The translations under genes and the position numbers were made by a program. Of a stretch of DNA of 36,239 nucleotides, positions 8,173 through 16,778 are shown piece by piece. The stretch is from Bacillota bacterium. Its GTDB lineage: Bacteria; Bacillota; Limnochordia; JAAZLZ01. The notes beneath the pieces are model-generated. The model saw only the letters and a list, made by a program, of their open reading frames with translations, was not told the origin of the DNA and searched no databases. The stretch lies in the NCBI GenBank assembly GCA_012799075.1, contig JAAZLZ010000167.1, forward strand, positions 1 through 36,239, written 5' to 3'. Every line of letters starts with the position of its first letter. The stretch's first letter is position 1.

Positions 8173-8831
8173 TACCTAGGGGTTGTATACCTGTCCACCA
8201 CTTTGGCCAAGGACAACAGGATGAAGTTGATGAGCAGGTAACTGAGGAAAATGGGTGCAAAGGCTTCTACGGGTCGGAATGCCCGGGAATTGACTACGTT
8301 GGCCGCGCGGATCAGTTCATGGACTCCAATCGCAGACAGGAGACTTGTGTCCTTGATGAGGTAGGTGAACTGGCCCAACAGGGGAGGGATCACATTGCGC
8401 AATGCCTGGGGCAGGATGACGAACCGGTTGATTTGCAGACTTCTCATGCCAAGGGCCTGGGCAGCTTCTGTTTGGCCTTTGGGGATGGACCGGATGCCTG
8501 CCCGGACGATTTCGGTTATGTAGGCCCCGCTGTTTAGGACCAAAGCGAGGATGCCTGCTTGAACGGTAGGGATGGTCATGCCCAGGTGGGGCAGACCGAA
8601 AAAAATAATGTAGATCTGCACCAGCAGGGGTGTTGAGCGGATGAAGGCCACGTAGGCGCTGACGGGCCTGGACAAGAGAGGAAGTCGGGAGAGCTTGGCT
8701 AAACCCCCTAAGATCCCAACGATGAGGGCAAGGGCAATGCTGACAAAGGAAATCCAGAAGGTGCTCCTAAATCCCAACAGGAAGACAGGTGTGTATTTGC
8801 GGAGAACACTCCATAAAAACACATCAAACAT
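8172..8831 (-). CDS. Amino-acid ABC transporter permease
   Basis: 219 aa with EAA-loop motif TEAAQALGMRSLQINRFVILPQA. Overlaps the next permease by 1 nt. Confidence 0.85.
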   Translation of the reverse strand: MFDVFLWSVLRKYTPVFLLGFRSTFWISFVSIALALIVGILGGLAKLSRLPLLSRPVSAYVAFIRSTPLLVQIYIIFFGLPHLGMTIPTVQAGILALVLNSGAYITEIVRAGIRSIPKGQTEAAQALGMRSLQINRFVILPQALRNVIPPLLGQFTYLIKDTSLLSAIGVHELIRAANVVNSRAFRPVEAFAPIFLSYLLINFILLSLAKVVDRYTTPR

Positions 8832-8855
8832 CCACCGGCACCCCCGTTGTTTTGG

Positions 8856-8879
8856 GACCCCCGGAGGATTCCGGGGGTC
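8856..8879 (-). other. Intra-operon hairpin after the binding-protein gene
   Basis: Perfect 9-bp stem gacccccgg / ccgggggtc. No U-tract on the transcribed strand. Confidence 0.4.
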
Positions 8880-8888
8880 GCCGAACCC

Positions 8889-9689
8889 TTAGAGAAGCTT
8901 TTGGGAAATGGGGTTCCATGGTCCGATCCACTTTTCATAGATGGCTTCGAACTCACCGGAACGCTTGATTTGCTCAAAGAACAGGTTCAACCATCGCAGC
9001 AACTCAGGATTCTCATGGCGGACTGTGAAGGCGTAGGTGTCGACATACAGGTAGCCTTCCAACACATGCATCTTGTCGGGAGCCTTGGCCGACTCGCTCA
9101 CTGCCAGGACATCATCCTCCAAGGCGGCGTCGACCCGACCGGCCATCAAAGCCTCGGTCATCTCCGCCGTAGTGTTGAAGACGGCCTTTTGAGCGAGGGG
9201 AAGCTTCTCCTCGGCAAGGACCTCCCCGATTGCTCCCAAGGCTGCGCCTACGGTTATCTTGGGGTTGTTTAGGTCCTGCCAAGAGGTAAAGGGGGTGTCA
9301 GTTCTACTGTAGGCTATGGTGCCGGTGCGAAAATAAGGGTCGGTGAAGGCTACGCTTTTAGCCCGCTCTAAGGTATTTGACATTCGATCGCCGATCATGT
9401 CCACTCGGCCTGCCAACAGGGCGGGCAACAGACCTGCCCAGTCCAAATCCACGAACTCAACTTCAACCCCCATCTTTTCGCCCATGAGCCTGTTGAGGTC
9501 GATGCAAAAACCCGTTGGATCGCCTTTATCATCCCGGAAGGTGAAGGGGCGGACGCCCGTGTTGATGGCAATAATGATCTTTCCCCGTTCGCTAATCTCG
9601 TGGAGAATGCTCCGCTGTCCTTGGACAGGAGGGACCAAAAGCAAGATTAGCAAGAACACTACTACTCCCCGGAATACCTTGGTGCCCAT
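8889..9689 (-). CDS. Amino-acid ABC transporter substrate-binding protein (family 3)
   Basis: 266 aa with an N-terminal signal peptide and a PBPb-type sequence (GFCIDL, VDMIGDRMS). ATG follows AAAGGTGGG. Confidence 0.85.
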   Translation of the reverse strand: MGTKVFRGVVVFLLILLLVPPVQGQRSILHEISERGKIIIAINTGVRPFTFRDDKGDPTGFCIDLNRLMGEKMGVEVEFVDLDWAGLLPALLAGRVDMIGDRMSNTLERAKSVAFTDPYFRTGTIAYSRTDTPFTSWQDLNNPKITVGAALGAIGEVLAEEKLPLAQKAVFNTTAEMTEALMAGRVDAALEDDVLAVSESAKAPDKMHVLEGYLYVDTYAFTVRHENPELLRWLNLFFEQIKRSGEFEAIYEKWIGPWNPISQKLL

Positions 9690-9703
9690 AGCATGCCCAC
9701 CTT

Positions 9704-10891
9704 TCAGATTTGCTTAGGCGACGTGCCCAGGTAACGCTGGATTCGCCGCAGGCCTTCCCGTAGATCCTCCTCCTTTGACGCCAGGGATATCCTGATGAAT
9801 CCTTCTCCCTGTGGGCCGAAGGTATCACCGGGCGCCACCGCAACTGATTCTGACATGAGCAGGTCCTTGGCGAAATCCCGGGAGGGTTGAGCAGACTCGG
9901 TGATGTCGATCATCATGTAGAACGTGCCCTCGGGCTTGATGACCCTTAGTCCAAGCTTCTCAGCCTCGACTAGACACATGTCCCGGCGTCTTCGGTAGGT
10001 CTCCCTCATTTCAGCCACAATTTCTTGGGGTCCCTCCAAAGCTGTTTCAGCAGCTTTTTGGGCGATCGCGCAGGGAGATGCGGTGAAGGCTTCTTGAAGT
10101 CGGGCTAAGGTTTCCGACAATCCTTGCGGGCAGATGGCATAGCCCACCCGCCAACCGGTCATGGCATAAGTCTTAGAGAAGCTGTTGACGATGACCACCC
10201 GATGGGGCTCATCGGCAGCCACCTGGAGAAAGGACCGGTAGGGTGTGGCGGTGAAGACTAGCTCATCGTAGACTTCATCGGCGAGGATAAAAAGACCGTG
10301 TTTCTGGGCAAAGAGCAACAGGTTTTTCAGAATGTCTTCGCTAAACACAGCTCCTGTCGGATTTGCAGGGCTGTTCACCACCAATACCCGGGTGGAGTCG
10401 TCGATTTGGGCTTCCATTTGGGCGATGTCAGGGATAAAGGCCTCCGGCTGCAAGGGGTATCTTTGCACACCAAGCCCCAGCAAAGCGCAAAGCATCTCAT
10501 AGTTGGGCCAGCATGGATTGGGGAGGAGGATGCTGTCCCCCAGATCTGTCAGGGCGATAAAAGTAGTAGCGATAGCCGTAATTCCCCCCGCGGTGGCAAT
10601 GACCTGCTCCGGCTCAACATGGACCCCGTACAACCGCTGGTAACGCTTTGCGATTGCCGTCCTCAAGCTGAAAAGACCGGCGTTGGCGGTGTACTTGGTA
10701 TACCCATCCTGAGCGGCCTTCACCGCTCCTTGCACGATGTGTTCGGGGGTGGGAAAGGTTGGCTCCCCAACCTCCAGTCGAATGGGGTCAGGACATTGCA
10801 GGGCCAGATCAAGGATTTCCCTTACCCCTGACCAGGGCATGCCCCCGGCCCGCTGGGAAGGCCCTAATCCCGGAATCAGGTGTCTATGCAT
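9704..10891 (-). CDS. Class I/II PLP aminotransferase (AspC-like)
   Basis: 395 aa with PLP-Lys motif NSFSKTYAMTGWRVGY and N-terminal MPWSGVREILDLA. ATG sits 8 nt after GGGAGG. Confidence 0.85.
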   Translation of the reverse strand: MHRHLIPGLGPSQRAGGMPWSGVREILDLALQCPDPIRLEVGEPTFPTPEHIVQGAVKAAQDGYTKYTANAGLFSLRTAIAKRYQRLYGVHVEPEQVIATAGGITAIATTFIALTDLGDSILLPNPCWPNYEMLCALLGLGVQRYPLQPEAFIPDIAQMEAQIDDSTRVLVVNSPANPTGAVFSEDILKNLLLFAQKHGLFILADEVYDELVFTATPYRSFLQVAADEPHRVVIVNSFSKTYAMTGWRVGYAICPQGLSETLARLQEAFTASPCAIAQKAAETALEGPQEIVAEMRETYRRRRDMCLVEAEKLGLRVIKPEGTFYMMIDITESAQPSRDFAKDLLMSESVAVAPGDTFGPQGEGFIRISLASKEEDLREGLRRIQRYLGTSPKQI

Positions 10892-11101
10892 GGCTCAAAC
10901 CTCCCACAGTCTTGGCAGCTCAAGGAGCTGGCAGAACTGACTAAGATATTATGCGTATAAGACTTAAAATCCTCCCAAGATAATGAATTCTCGAAACGAG
11001 ATCCGGTTCCATGTTGGCTTTCCAACTACTTTGTTGGAGACATGAAAACCGCCCTTTTTAACACTAGGGAGGGAAAACGCTACATATTGGAGGTTGCTCA
11101 G

Positions 11102-12046
11102 CTAACCTCCTATTTGCACCCGCAATCCCTCTTTCTCGGCCCTTATCTTGAGGGCTTCCATTTCTTCCTTGGGTATCTCATTCCGCACCGGTTGAAAACG
11201 CTCCCTGTCCAACAGACGATATTTCCCTTCCCCGAATCGGTGGAAAGGTAGCAGATGCAGTTCATCAATGCCAAGATGGCGGCCTTGGCGGGCGATCGTG
11301 GCAATATCAGCTTCATTGTCATTGAAGCCCGGGATGACAGGGGTGCGCAAGATGATGTTCCTTGTTCGCTGACGGAGCCTTTCCAAGTTGGACAGGATCA
11401 ACCGGTTGTCTTGTCCGATCCATTGGCGATGGGTCTTGGGATCCATGTGCTTAAGGTCATACAGGAAAAGATCTGTATAGGGGAGTACCTGCTCGAAGTT
11501 TTCCCAGGGCACATGGCCAGCCGTTTCAACGGCGGTGTGCACTCCCTTGGCCTTGGCGGCTTGGAGAATGGCCGCGGCAAAGTCCGCCTGAGCCAAAGGC
11601 TCACCTCCCCCCAGGGTCATGCCGCCCCCTGAGTTGGCATAAAAGGCAGCGTCTTTTAAAACCTCTTCCAGGACTTGGTCGACGGTCATGGAAGTTCCCT
11701 TAACGATCCTTGCTTCCGCATAACAAACTTGGCAGCAGGCCCCACATTCCTGGCACAGGTCCCGGTGGAAGGCCAGCTGCCCTTCATCTAAACTGACGGC
11801 CTGATGGGGACAGATCTCCAAGCAGGCCTGACAGCCGATGCACTTTTCGGGCTGAAACAACAACTCCGGCCGAAACCTTTGGGATTCTGGATTAGAGCAC
11901 CATTTGCAGTGGAGGGGACATCCCTTGAGAAATACCAGTGTTCGTATACCGGGCCCATCATGAATGGAAAACCTTTGCATATCAAAAACGATACCTTCCT
12001 GTGTCACAATGGCTGCTCCCTTCGCGGACAGATTGGCTTCGATCAT
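11102..12046 (-). CDS. Glycyl-radical-enzyme activating protein (radical SAM)
   Basis: 314 aa. Has CPLHCKWC (CxxxCxxC), two ferredoxin-type Cys clusters (CIGCQACLEICP; CQECGACCQVC), GGGEPL and the FSIHDGPGIRT N-terminus typical of GRE activases. Confidence 0.85.
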   Translation of the reverse strand: MIEANLSAKGAAIVTQEGIVFDMQRFSIHDGPGIRTLVFLKGCPLHCKWCSNPESQRFRPELLFQPEKCIGCQACLEICPHQAVSLDEGQLAFHRDLCQECGACCQVCYAEARIVKGTSMTVDQVLEEVLKDAAFYANSGGGMTLGGGEPLAQADFAAAILQAAKAKGVHTAVETAGHVPWENFEQVLPYTDLFLYDLKHMDPKTHRQWIGQDNRLILSNLERLRQRTRNIILRTPVIPGFNDNEADIATIARQGRHLGIDELHLLPFHRFGEGKYRLLDRERFQPVRNEIPKEEMEALKIRAEKEGLRVQIGG

Positions 12047-12100
12047 TGCTCAGACCCTCCAGAAGAATTCCCCGTCTATTGCCGGACACCTTCCATAGCG

Positions 12101-13318
12101 CTAGTTGAGCTGCCGAAGATTATTTGCCAGCTCCTTGGCCAAGCCCTGGACCACAAGGTCTCCATCCCCAGGGCGCAGACTAATGGGATTGACGATGAAG
12201 ACGCCCTGATGGAGGAGCTGTTCATTAAAGGCAATGCGGGGATTGGCGTAGCGAAGACTGGTGGAGATTTCCCAAGGGGAGCGTTTCAAGGAAGCTTCAT
12301 CCAGTTTAATCTGCAACAGGGGAGTAGGGGCATCAAGCACCAGTCTGACCTGGTCAACTCCGGCCAGGCCTTCGACTTTGCCGGCGATTCGTCGCAAATG
12401 ATCCACCCATTGGTCGTGTAGTCCTTCCGCATCGACAAAGCGGCGCAGGGCCACCATTAAACCGACGATTTCTTCTTTCGATACCTTAAATCCCCGACCT
12501 ACTCCATGATAGGGCATGCCCCGGAGGGCTTCCTTGGGGAAAAGCAGCCGGGGTGGATTCCAAGCTTCCCAAGGCACATCCAAGTCCACCATTTGTACAG
12601 CTGCGGAAGCCACCAACTCCTGTTTTCCGCACAGGATGCCTGTACCCTGGGGTCCGCAAATTGCCTTGCCTCCGCTGAAAACCACCAGATCGGCCCCTTC
12701 TTCAATGAAGCGGCGTAGATTCTCCCGGGGCGGCAGCTGGGCTGCCGCATCCACGATGACGGGAATGCCGAACCGCCGGGCAACGGCAACTAAGGCCCTA
12801 AGGTTCATTCGGTCGTCTCGACGCGCCAGGTAAAAAATGGCCGCAGTCTTGTCGGTGATTGATTCAGCGAAGACATCCGGTTCAATTCCCCGCACGCCTG
12901 CTCCTGCAGCCCAGTCATCAATCCCTACGTCGATGAGTTTGGCCCCGGCAAGGGTCAAAGCCCGATCATAGGCATTACGGGGGGAACGGGCGATGAGGAT
13001 TTCATTGGGGATGCCCCGGGAGTCGGGGAGCTGTCGCATTCTGGCCCCATCGAGGCCAGCCATACAGGCGGCGGCAGCCAAGGTCAATCCCGCGGACGCC
13101 CCGGAGGTCACCAAACCGCTTTCCGCGCCTGTAACTTCCCTGATGAGCAGGGCCGCCTGAGTCTGGAGATCTTCGATGTAAACGCTTGCTTCCCCAGCCT
13201 TAGCCATTGCCTCCATCACCACGTTGGAAAGGGGCGGCCCGCCGAGGCGGGTTGCGGTACCGGCGGCATTAATGACGATGGGGACCCCTAAATCTTCATA
13301 AATGTTTGCCACTCTCAT
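12101..13318 (-). CDS. SelA-like / DgaE-family PLP-dependent enzyme (lyase or transferase; substrate unknown)
   Basis: FSGGKAICGPQGTG matches the SelA/DgaE PLP-Lys signature. The N-terminus reads VINAAGTATRLGG. I place the start at ATG 13318 (MRVANIYEDLG), just after AAGGAAGGG; GTG two codons downstream is also possible. Confidence 0.7.
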   Translation of the reverse strand: MRVANIYEDLGVPIVINAAGTATRLGGPPLSNVVMEAMAKAGEASVYIEDLQTQAALLIREVTGAESGLVTSGASAGLTLAAAACMAGLDGARMRQLPDSRGIPNEILIARSPRNAYDRALTLAGAKLIDVGIDDWAAGAGVRGIEPDVFAESITDKTAAIFYLARRDDRMNLRALVAVARRFGIPVIVDAAAQLPPRENLRRFIEEGADLVVFSGGKAICGPQGTGILCGKQELVASAAVQMVDLDVPWEAWNPPRLLFPKEALRGMPYHGVGRGFKVSKEEIVGLMVALRRFVDAEGLHDQWVDHLRRIAGKVEGLAGVDQVRLVLDAPTPLLQIKLDEASLKRSPWEISTSLRYANPRIAFNEQLLHQGVFIVNPISLRPGDGDLVVQGLAKELANNLRQLN

Positions 13319-13534
13319 CCCTTCCTTGATTAGATAGTCATAATACCTATTCTCGCACCCGGGCATTGTTTCCTTGCGATATTAAACAATGCTGAAAAGG
13401 GAAAAAGGAAAGTTGGGGCTGCTGGGACCGAAAAATGTCATTTCGTAACGATAAATCGGCAGGAACCCCTGTTAGCGAAGCGAAATAAATAGAGCAAATG
13501 ATAAACGCACGTCTTTCAGAAAGGACTAATTGAA

Positions 13535-13587
13535 GCCAGTCTAGTGCTGGGTGAATATATTTCATATTCACCCGACTAGACGCTGGC
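13535..13587. repeat. 53-nt imperfect palindrome in a divergent control region
   Basis: Paired segments are gccag/ctggc, tctagt/actaga and gggtgaatat/atattcaccc, giving 21 bp around a 5-nt loop. Confidence 0.7.
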
Positions 13588-13592
13588 AACTG

Positions 13593-13608
13593 CCCAAGGG
13601 CCCTTGGG
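13593..13608. repeat. Perfect 16-nt palindrome CCCAAGGGCCCTTGGG
   Basis: Exact self-complementarity, read directly from the sequence. Confidence 0.7.
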
Positions 13609-13753
13609 GGAGTCCCTAACGATGTGCGGTCGGCACAGGTGATCTAAACCACGATGAGTCGGCAATTACCGGTGGAAGGGGGAATGTCAAAACAAGCAAA
13701 GGTTCCGTTCTAGTTGTGATAACAATTAATACCATGATACGGGAGGGATTCAG

Positions 13754-14767
13754 ATGAAGCATATGGGACGGTCCTTGATGTTCGCACTAGTTTTTGTCCT
13801 CGCTATCACTAGTCTCCATGGGGTGGTGCTTGGTGCCAAAAAATATGTTGTCAAATTTGCCCACGGGTCGGAAATCACCGAACCAACCCACGAGGCAGCA
13901 TTACTCATGGCCGAGCGGGTGGCCGAGCGGACAAATGGCCAGGTTGAAATTCAGGTGTTTCCCAGCAACCAATTAGGTTCGGAACGGGACATCTTTGAAG
14001 CCTGTAAACTGAATGCTATCCAGATGATTTTTGAATCCCCGGGGTCGATCGGTGTATTCCAGCCAGAAGTGGAGATCTTCAATGGACCATTCCTTTGGAA
14101 GGACTGGGAGGAAACCAAGCGGGTCATGCGGGGGCCCTTTGGCCAAGAACTGTATGCGAAGGTTCTACAAAATCATGGCCTGAGGGTGCTCGACCCCAAC
14201 TGGTACTGGGGCTGGCGGCATTTGACTACCAGGAATACCCCTGTTAGGGTGCCTGAGGATGTCAAAGGCCTAAAAGTGCGCTCCCCAAACATTCCGATTT
14301 TTATGGAAACCCTCAAGGCCATGGGTGCAAGCCCTACCCCCGTCGACTTTGGTGAAGTCTATACCGCACTGCAACAGGGACTAGTCGATGGTCAGGAAAA
14401 CCCGATCCCTACAATTTGGGCCAAGCGATTCTTTGAGGTGCAGAAATACGTTGTCTTGACGGGTCACATGCTGCAGTCAAACCACATCTTGATCAACGAT
14501 CGCTTCTTCCAGAGCATGCCCAAGGAGTTCCAGGCGATCCTCCAGGAAGAAGTCCTCGCCGCGGGCGAATACATGAGCACCCTTCAGCAGCAAGAAGAAG
14601 AAGAGCTCATCGCCAAGATCGAAGCTCAAGGTGTTACCATCATCCGGGATGTGGACCGGGAAACCTTCCGGAAGATTACCGAGGGTGTTTATGAGAAGTT
14701 CGAGGACAATTGGGGCAGGGGCCTGTACCAGAAACTTCGGCAGGCTATCTTGGACGCTCAAGAGTAA
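13754..14767 (+). CDS. dctP: TRAP transporter substrate-binding protein (DctP family)
   Basis: 337 aa with a signal peptide and the DctP-type motif ALQQGLVDGQENP. ATG follows GGGAGGG. Confidence 0.9.
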   Translation: MKHMGRSLMFALVFVLAITSLHGVVLGAKKYVVKFAHGSEITEPTHEAALLMAERVAERTNGQVEIQVFPSNQLGSERDIFEACKLNAIQMIFESPGSIGVFQPEVEIFNGPFLWKDWEETKRVMRGPFGQELYAKVLQNHGLRVLDPNWYWGWRHLTTRNTPVRVPEDVKGLKVRSPNIPIFMETLKAMGASPTPVDFGEVYTALQQGLVDGQENPIPTIWAKRFFEVQKYVVLTGHMLQSNHILINDRFFQSMPKEFQAILQEEVLAAGEYMSTLQQQEEEELIAKIEAQGVTIIRDVDRETFRKITEGVYEKFEDNWGRGLYQKLRQAILDAQE

Positions 14768-14784
14768 AGACTAGGTCGATAGGT

Positions 14785-14816
14785 AAGAGGGGAGGGGCAA
14801 CTACCTCTCCTCTTTT
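14785..14816 (+). terminator. Intra-operon attenuator/terminator hairpin after dctP
   Basis: Stem aagaggggagg / cctctcctctt with 1 mismatch, then tt. Confidence 0.45.
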
Positions 14817-14845
14817 CAACTTCCCCTGTGAAGGGAGTTTGGCCA

Positions 14846-15310
14846 ATGGGTGTACTTGCTTTTCTGGAGAGACTGATTGCCAAGGTCGAAGACTTATTGG
14901 TGGTGGGTGCCCTGGTTGTCTTGTCAGCCAGTGTGTTCTTGGGAGTAGTCTTTCGCTATGTGCTGAATGCTCCCCTTACCTGGACCGATGAAGTTGCGCT
15001 CCTTGGCTTTGTGTGGCTTGTATTCATAGGCGCTGGCACTTGTACCAGGACCAGGTCTCATATGGGTATTGAAATGCTTGTCCGGCGGCTGTCGGAGCAA
15101 AGGGCGCTGCGTCTTCAGACCATTGGGAACGTGATCGTCATGGTCATCCTGGGGGTGCTCGTCTACTTTGGCATTCAACACGCGTTGTATGCAGCCCACA
15201 GTCGGACCACTGTCCTGGGGATTCCCTGGACTTATATTTTCTTGTCCGTGCCCGTAGGTTCTGGGTTCATGTTCATCCACCTGCTTTATCAACTATGGGG
15301 TAAGGACTGA
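14846..15310 (+). CDS. dctQ: TRAP transporter small permease (DctQ family)
   Basis: 4-TM protein with PLTWTDEVA and HMGIEML motifs. ATG 14846 sits 8 nt after AAGGGAG, so the ORF-track GTG at 14828 is probably too early. Confidence 0.85.
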   Translation: MGVLAFLERLIAKVEDLLVVGALVVLSASVFLGVVFRYVLNAPLTWTDEVALLGFVWLVFIGAGTCTRTRSHMGIEMLVRRLSEQRALRLQTIGNVIVMVILGVLVYFGIQHALYAAHSRTTVLGIPWTYIFLSVPVGSGFMFIHLLYQLWGKD

Positions 15311-15352
15311 TTTCCCAGGCAAGCCTGGGCATTAGACCAGGAGGAGACATCC

Positions 15353-16633
15353 ATGAAGATCGTAATGATCATCTTTGTCCTATTTGCTTTTGCCTTAGCT
15401 AATATTCCCATTGCCTTCGCCATCATCGCCTCGACCCTCATCACCCTGTGGGTGTCCGACGTATCCATCAGCATGCAGATTCAGCGCATGGTGGCGGGGG
15501 TTAATTCTTTTCCTCTCCTTGCGGTTCCACTCTATATCCTTGCTGGGGTGCTGATGGAATGCTCCGGGATTACGCCGCGCCTTTTTCGGCTCGCCGATGC
15601 ACTGGCCGGCCATATCCGCGGGGGGCTGGGCCATGTAAATGTGGTGGCGAGCATGATCATGGCGGGCATGTCCGGGTCGGCTATGGCCGACTGCGCGGTG
15701 ACAAGCAAGATTTTTGTGCCCGAAATGGTCAGAGCGGGTTATCCTAGGCCCTTCGCTGCCGCCGTAACGGCAGCTTCCTCCATTATCGGGCCAATAATCC
15801 CGCCAAGCATCATTTTCGTTGTTTACGGGTATTTATCCGGAGTATCCGTGGGTCGGCTGTTCATTGCTGGTGCGATCCCGGGCATTCTGGTTGGATTATA
15901 CCAAATGGTCGCGGTTTACTTTATTGCCAAACAACAAGGCTTTGGGCAGCCGAGTCATCGATTTTCATGGTCCAGTCTTTGGACCGTAATTAAGCAAACC
16001 TGGGCAGCCCTCTTCCTGCCGCCCATCATCCTCGGAGGAATTCTCTCTGGTGCTTTCACTCCAACGGAGGCTGGGGGCATCGCGGTGGTCTACTCGCTGC
16101 TTGTCGGTGTTTTCCTCTACCGGCAGCTCGGGCTGAAAGATGTCATCAGGGCCCTAAAGGACACTGCCGCCAGCACTGCTGCCTTGATGTTTATCGTGGC
16201 TGCGGCGGCTCCCTTCGGATGGATCTTGGGTCTTGAACAGGTCCCCCAGCTAATCGCAAGGGTATTTACCTCCATATCCACGAATCCTGCCGTGATCCTG
16301 TTCTTGATCAACATCCTGTATCTGTTCTTAGGAACCTTTATGGACATTACACCTATCCAAATCATTACCATACCAATGCTGATGCCGATCATCAATCAAC
16401 TGGGGATTGATCCGATCCATTTCGGGGTTGTCTCGTCTATTGCTCTAATGATTGGCGCCATCACCCCGCCGGTGGGTACATTGATGTATTGCACCTGTGA
16501 GATTTCCAATGTATCCATTGAGGATTTCCTTAGGAGCGTTTGGCCCTTCTACTTGGCCCTTGTTGCCCTGTTGTTTACCGTAACGTACGTACCGGCGTTG
16601 ACCCTCTGGCTGCCTAGTGTGGTCTTCGGGTAA
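15353..16633 (+). CDS. dctM: TRAP transporter large permease (DctM family)
   Basis: 426 aa, multi-TM, with GGLGHVNVVASMIMAGMSGSAMAD and GPIIPPSI motifs. Confidence 0.9.
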   Translation: MKIVMIIFVLFAFALANIPIAFAIIASTLITLWVSDVSISMQIQRMVAGVNSFPLLAVPLYILAGVLMECSGITPRLFRLADALAGHIRGGLGHVNVVASMIMAGMSGSAMADCAVTSKIFVPEMVRAGYPRPFAAAVTAASSIIGPIIPPSIIFVVYGYLSGVSVGRLFIAGAIPGILVGLYQMVAVYFIAKQQGFGQPSHRFSWSSLWTVIKQTWAALFLPPIILGGILSGAFTPTEAGGIAVVYSLLVGVFLYRQLGLKDVIRALKDTAASTAALMFIVAAAAPFGWILGLEQVPQLIARVFTSISTNPAVILFLINILYLFLGTFMDITPIQIITIPMLMPIINQLGIDPIHFGVVSSIALMIGAITPPVGTLMYCTCEISNVSIEDFLRSVWPFYLALVALLFTVTYVPALTLWLPSVVFG

Positions 16634-16664
16634 TGGGCATCCTGAAACGTAAGGCTTGGTCGGG

Positions 16665-16701
16665 GAAGCAAGGTTGGGGACTTGCTTCTCTGGCTTTTTT
16701 T
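16665..16701 (+). terminator. Rho-independent terminator
   Basis: 8-bp stem gaagcaag / cttgcttc, then tctggcttttttt. Confidence 0.75.
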
Positions 16702-16778
16702 AGGATCCTTGGAGGAATGAATAGCCCAGAGGAGAAAGGAATTATCAGGGGATTCTTGCACTTAGGTGGGGTGACCGG

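Noticed and set aside
10892-11101. Search for a small GrcA-like glycyl-radical protein or peptide substrate downstream of the activase
   Set aside because: Only ORFs of 23 codons or fewer, without SD sites, are present on the transcribed strand. None has an RVxG-type glycine motif.
13347-13589. 80-aa minus-strand ORF in the divergent intergenic region
   Set aside because: It has no SD, spans the long palindrome, overlaps the 5' end of the SelA-like ORF and has no recognisable fold signature. It is probably non-coding control DNA.
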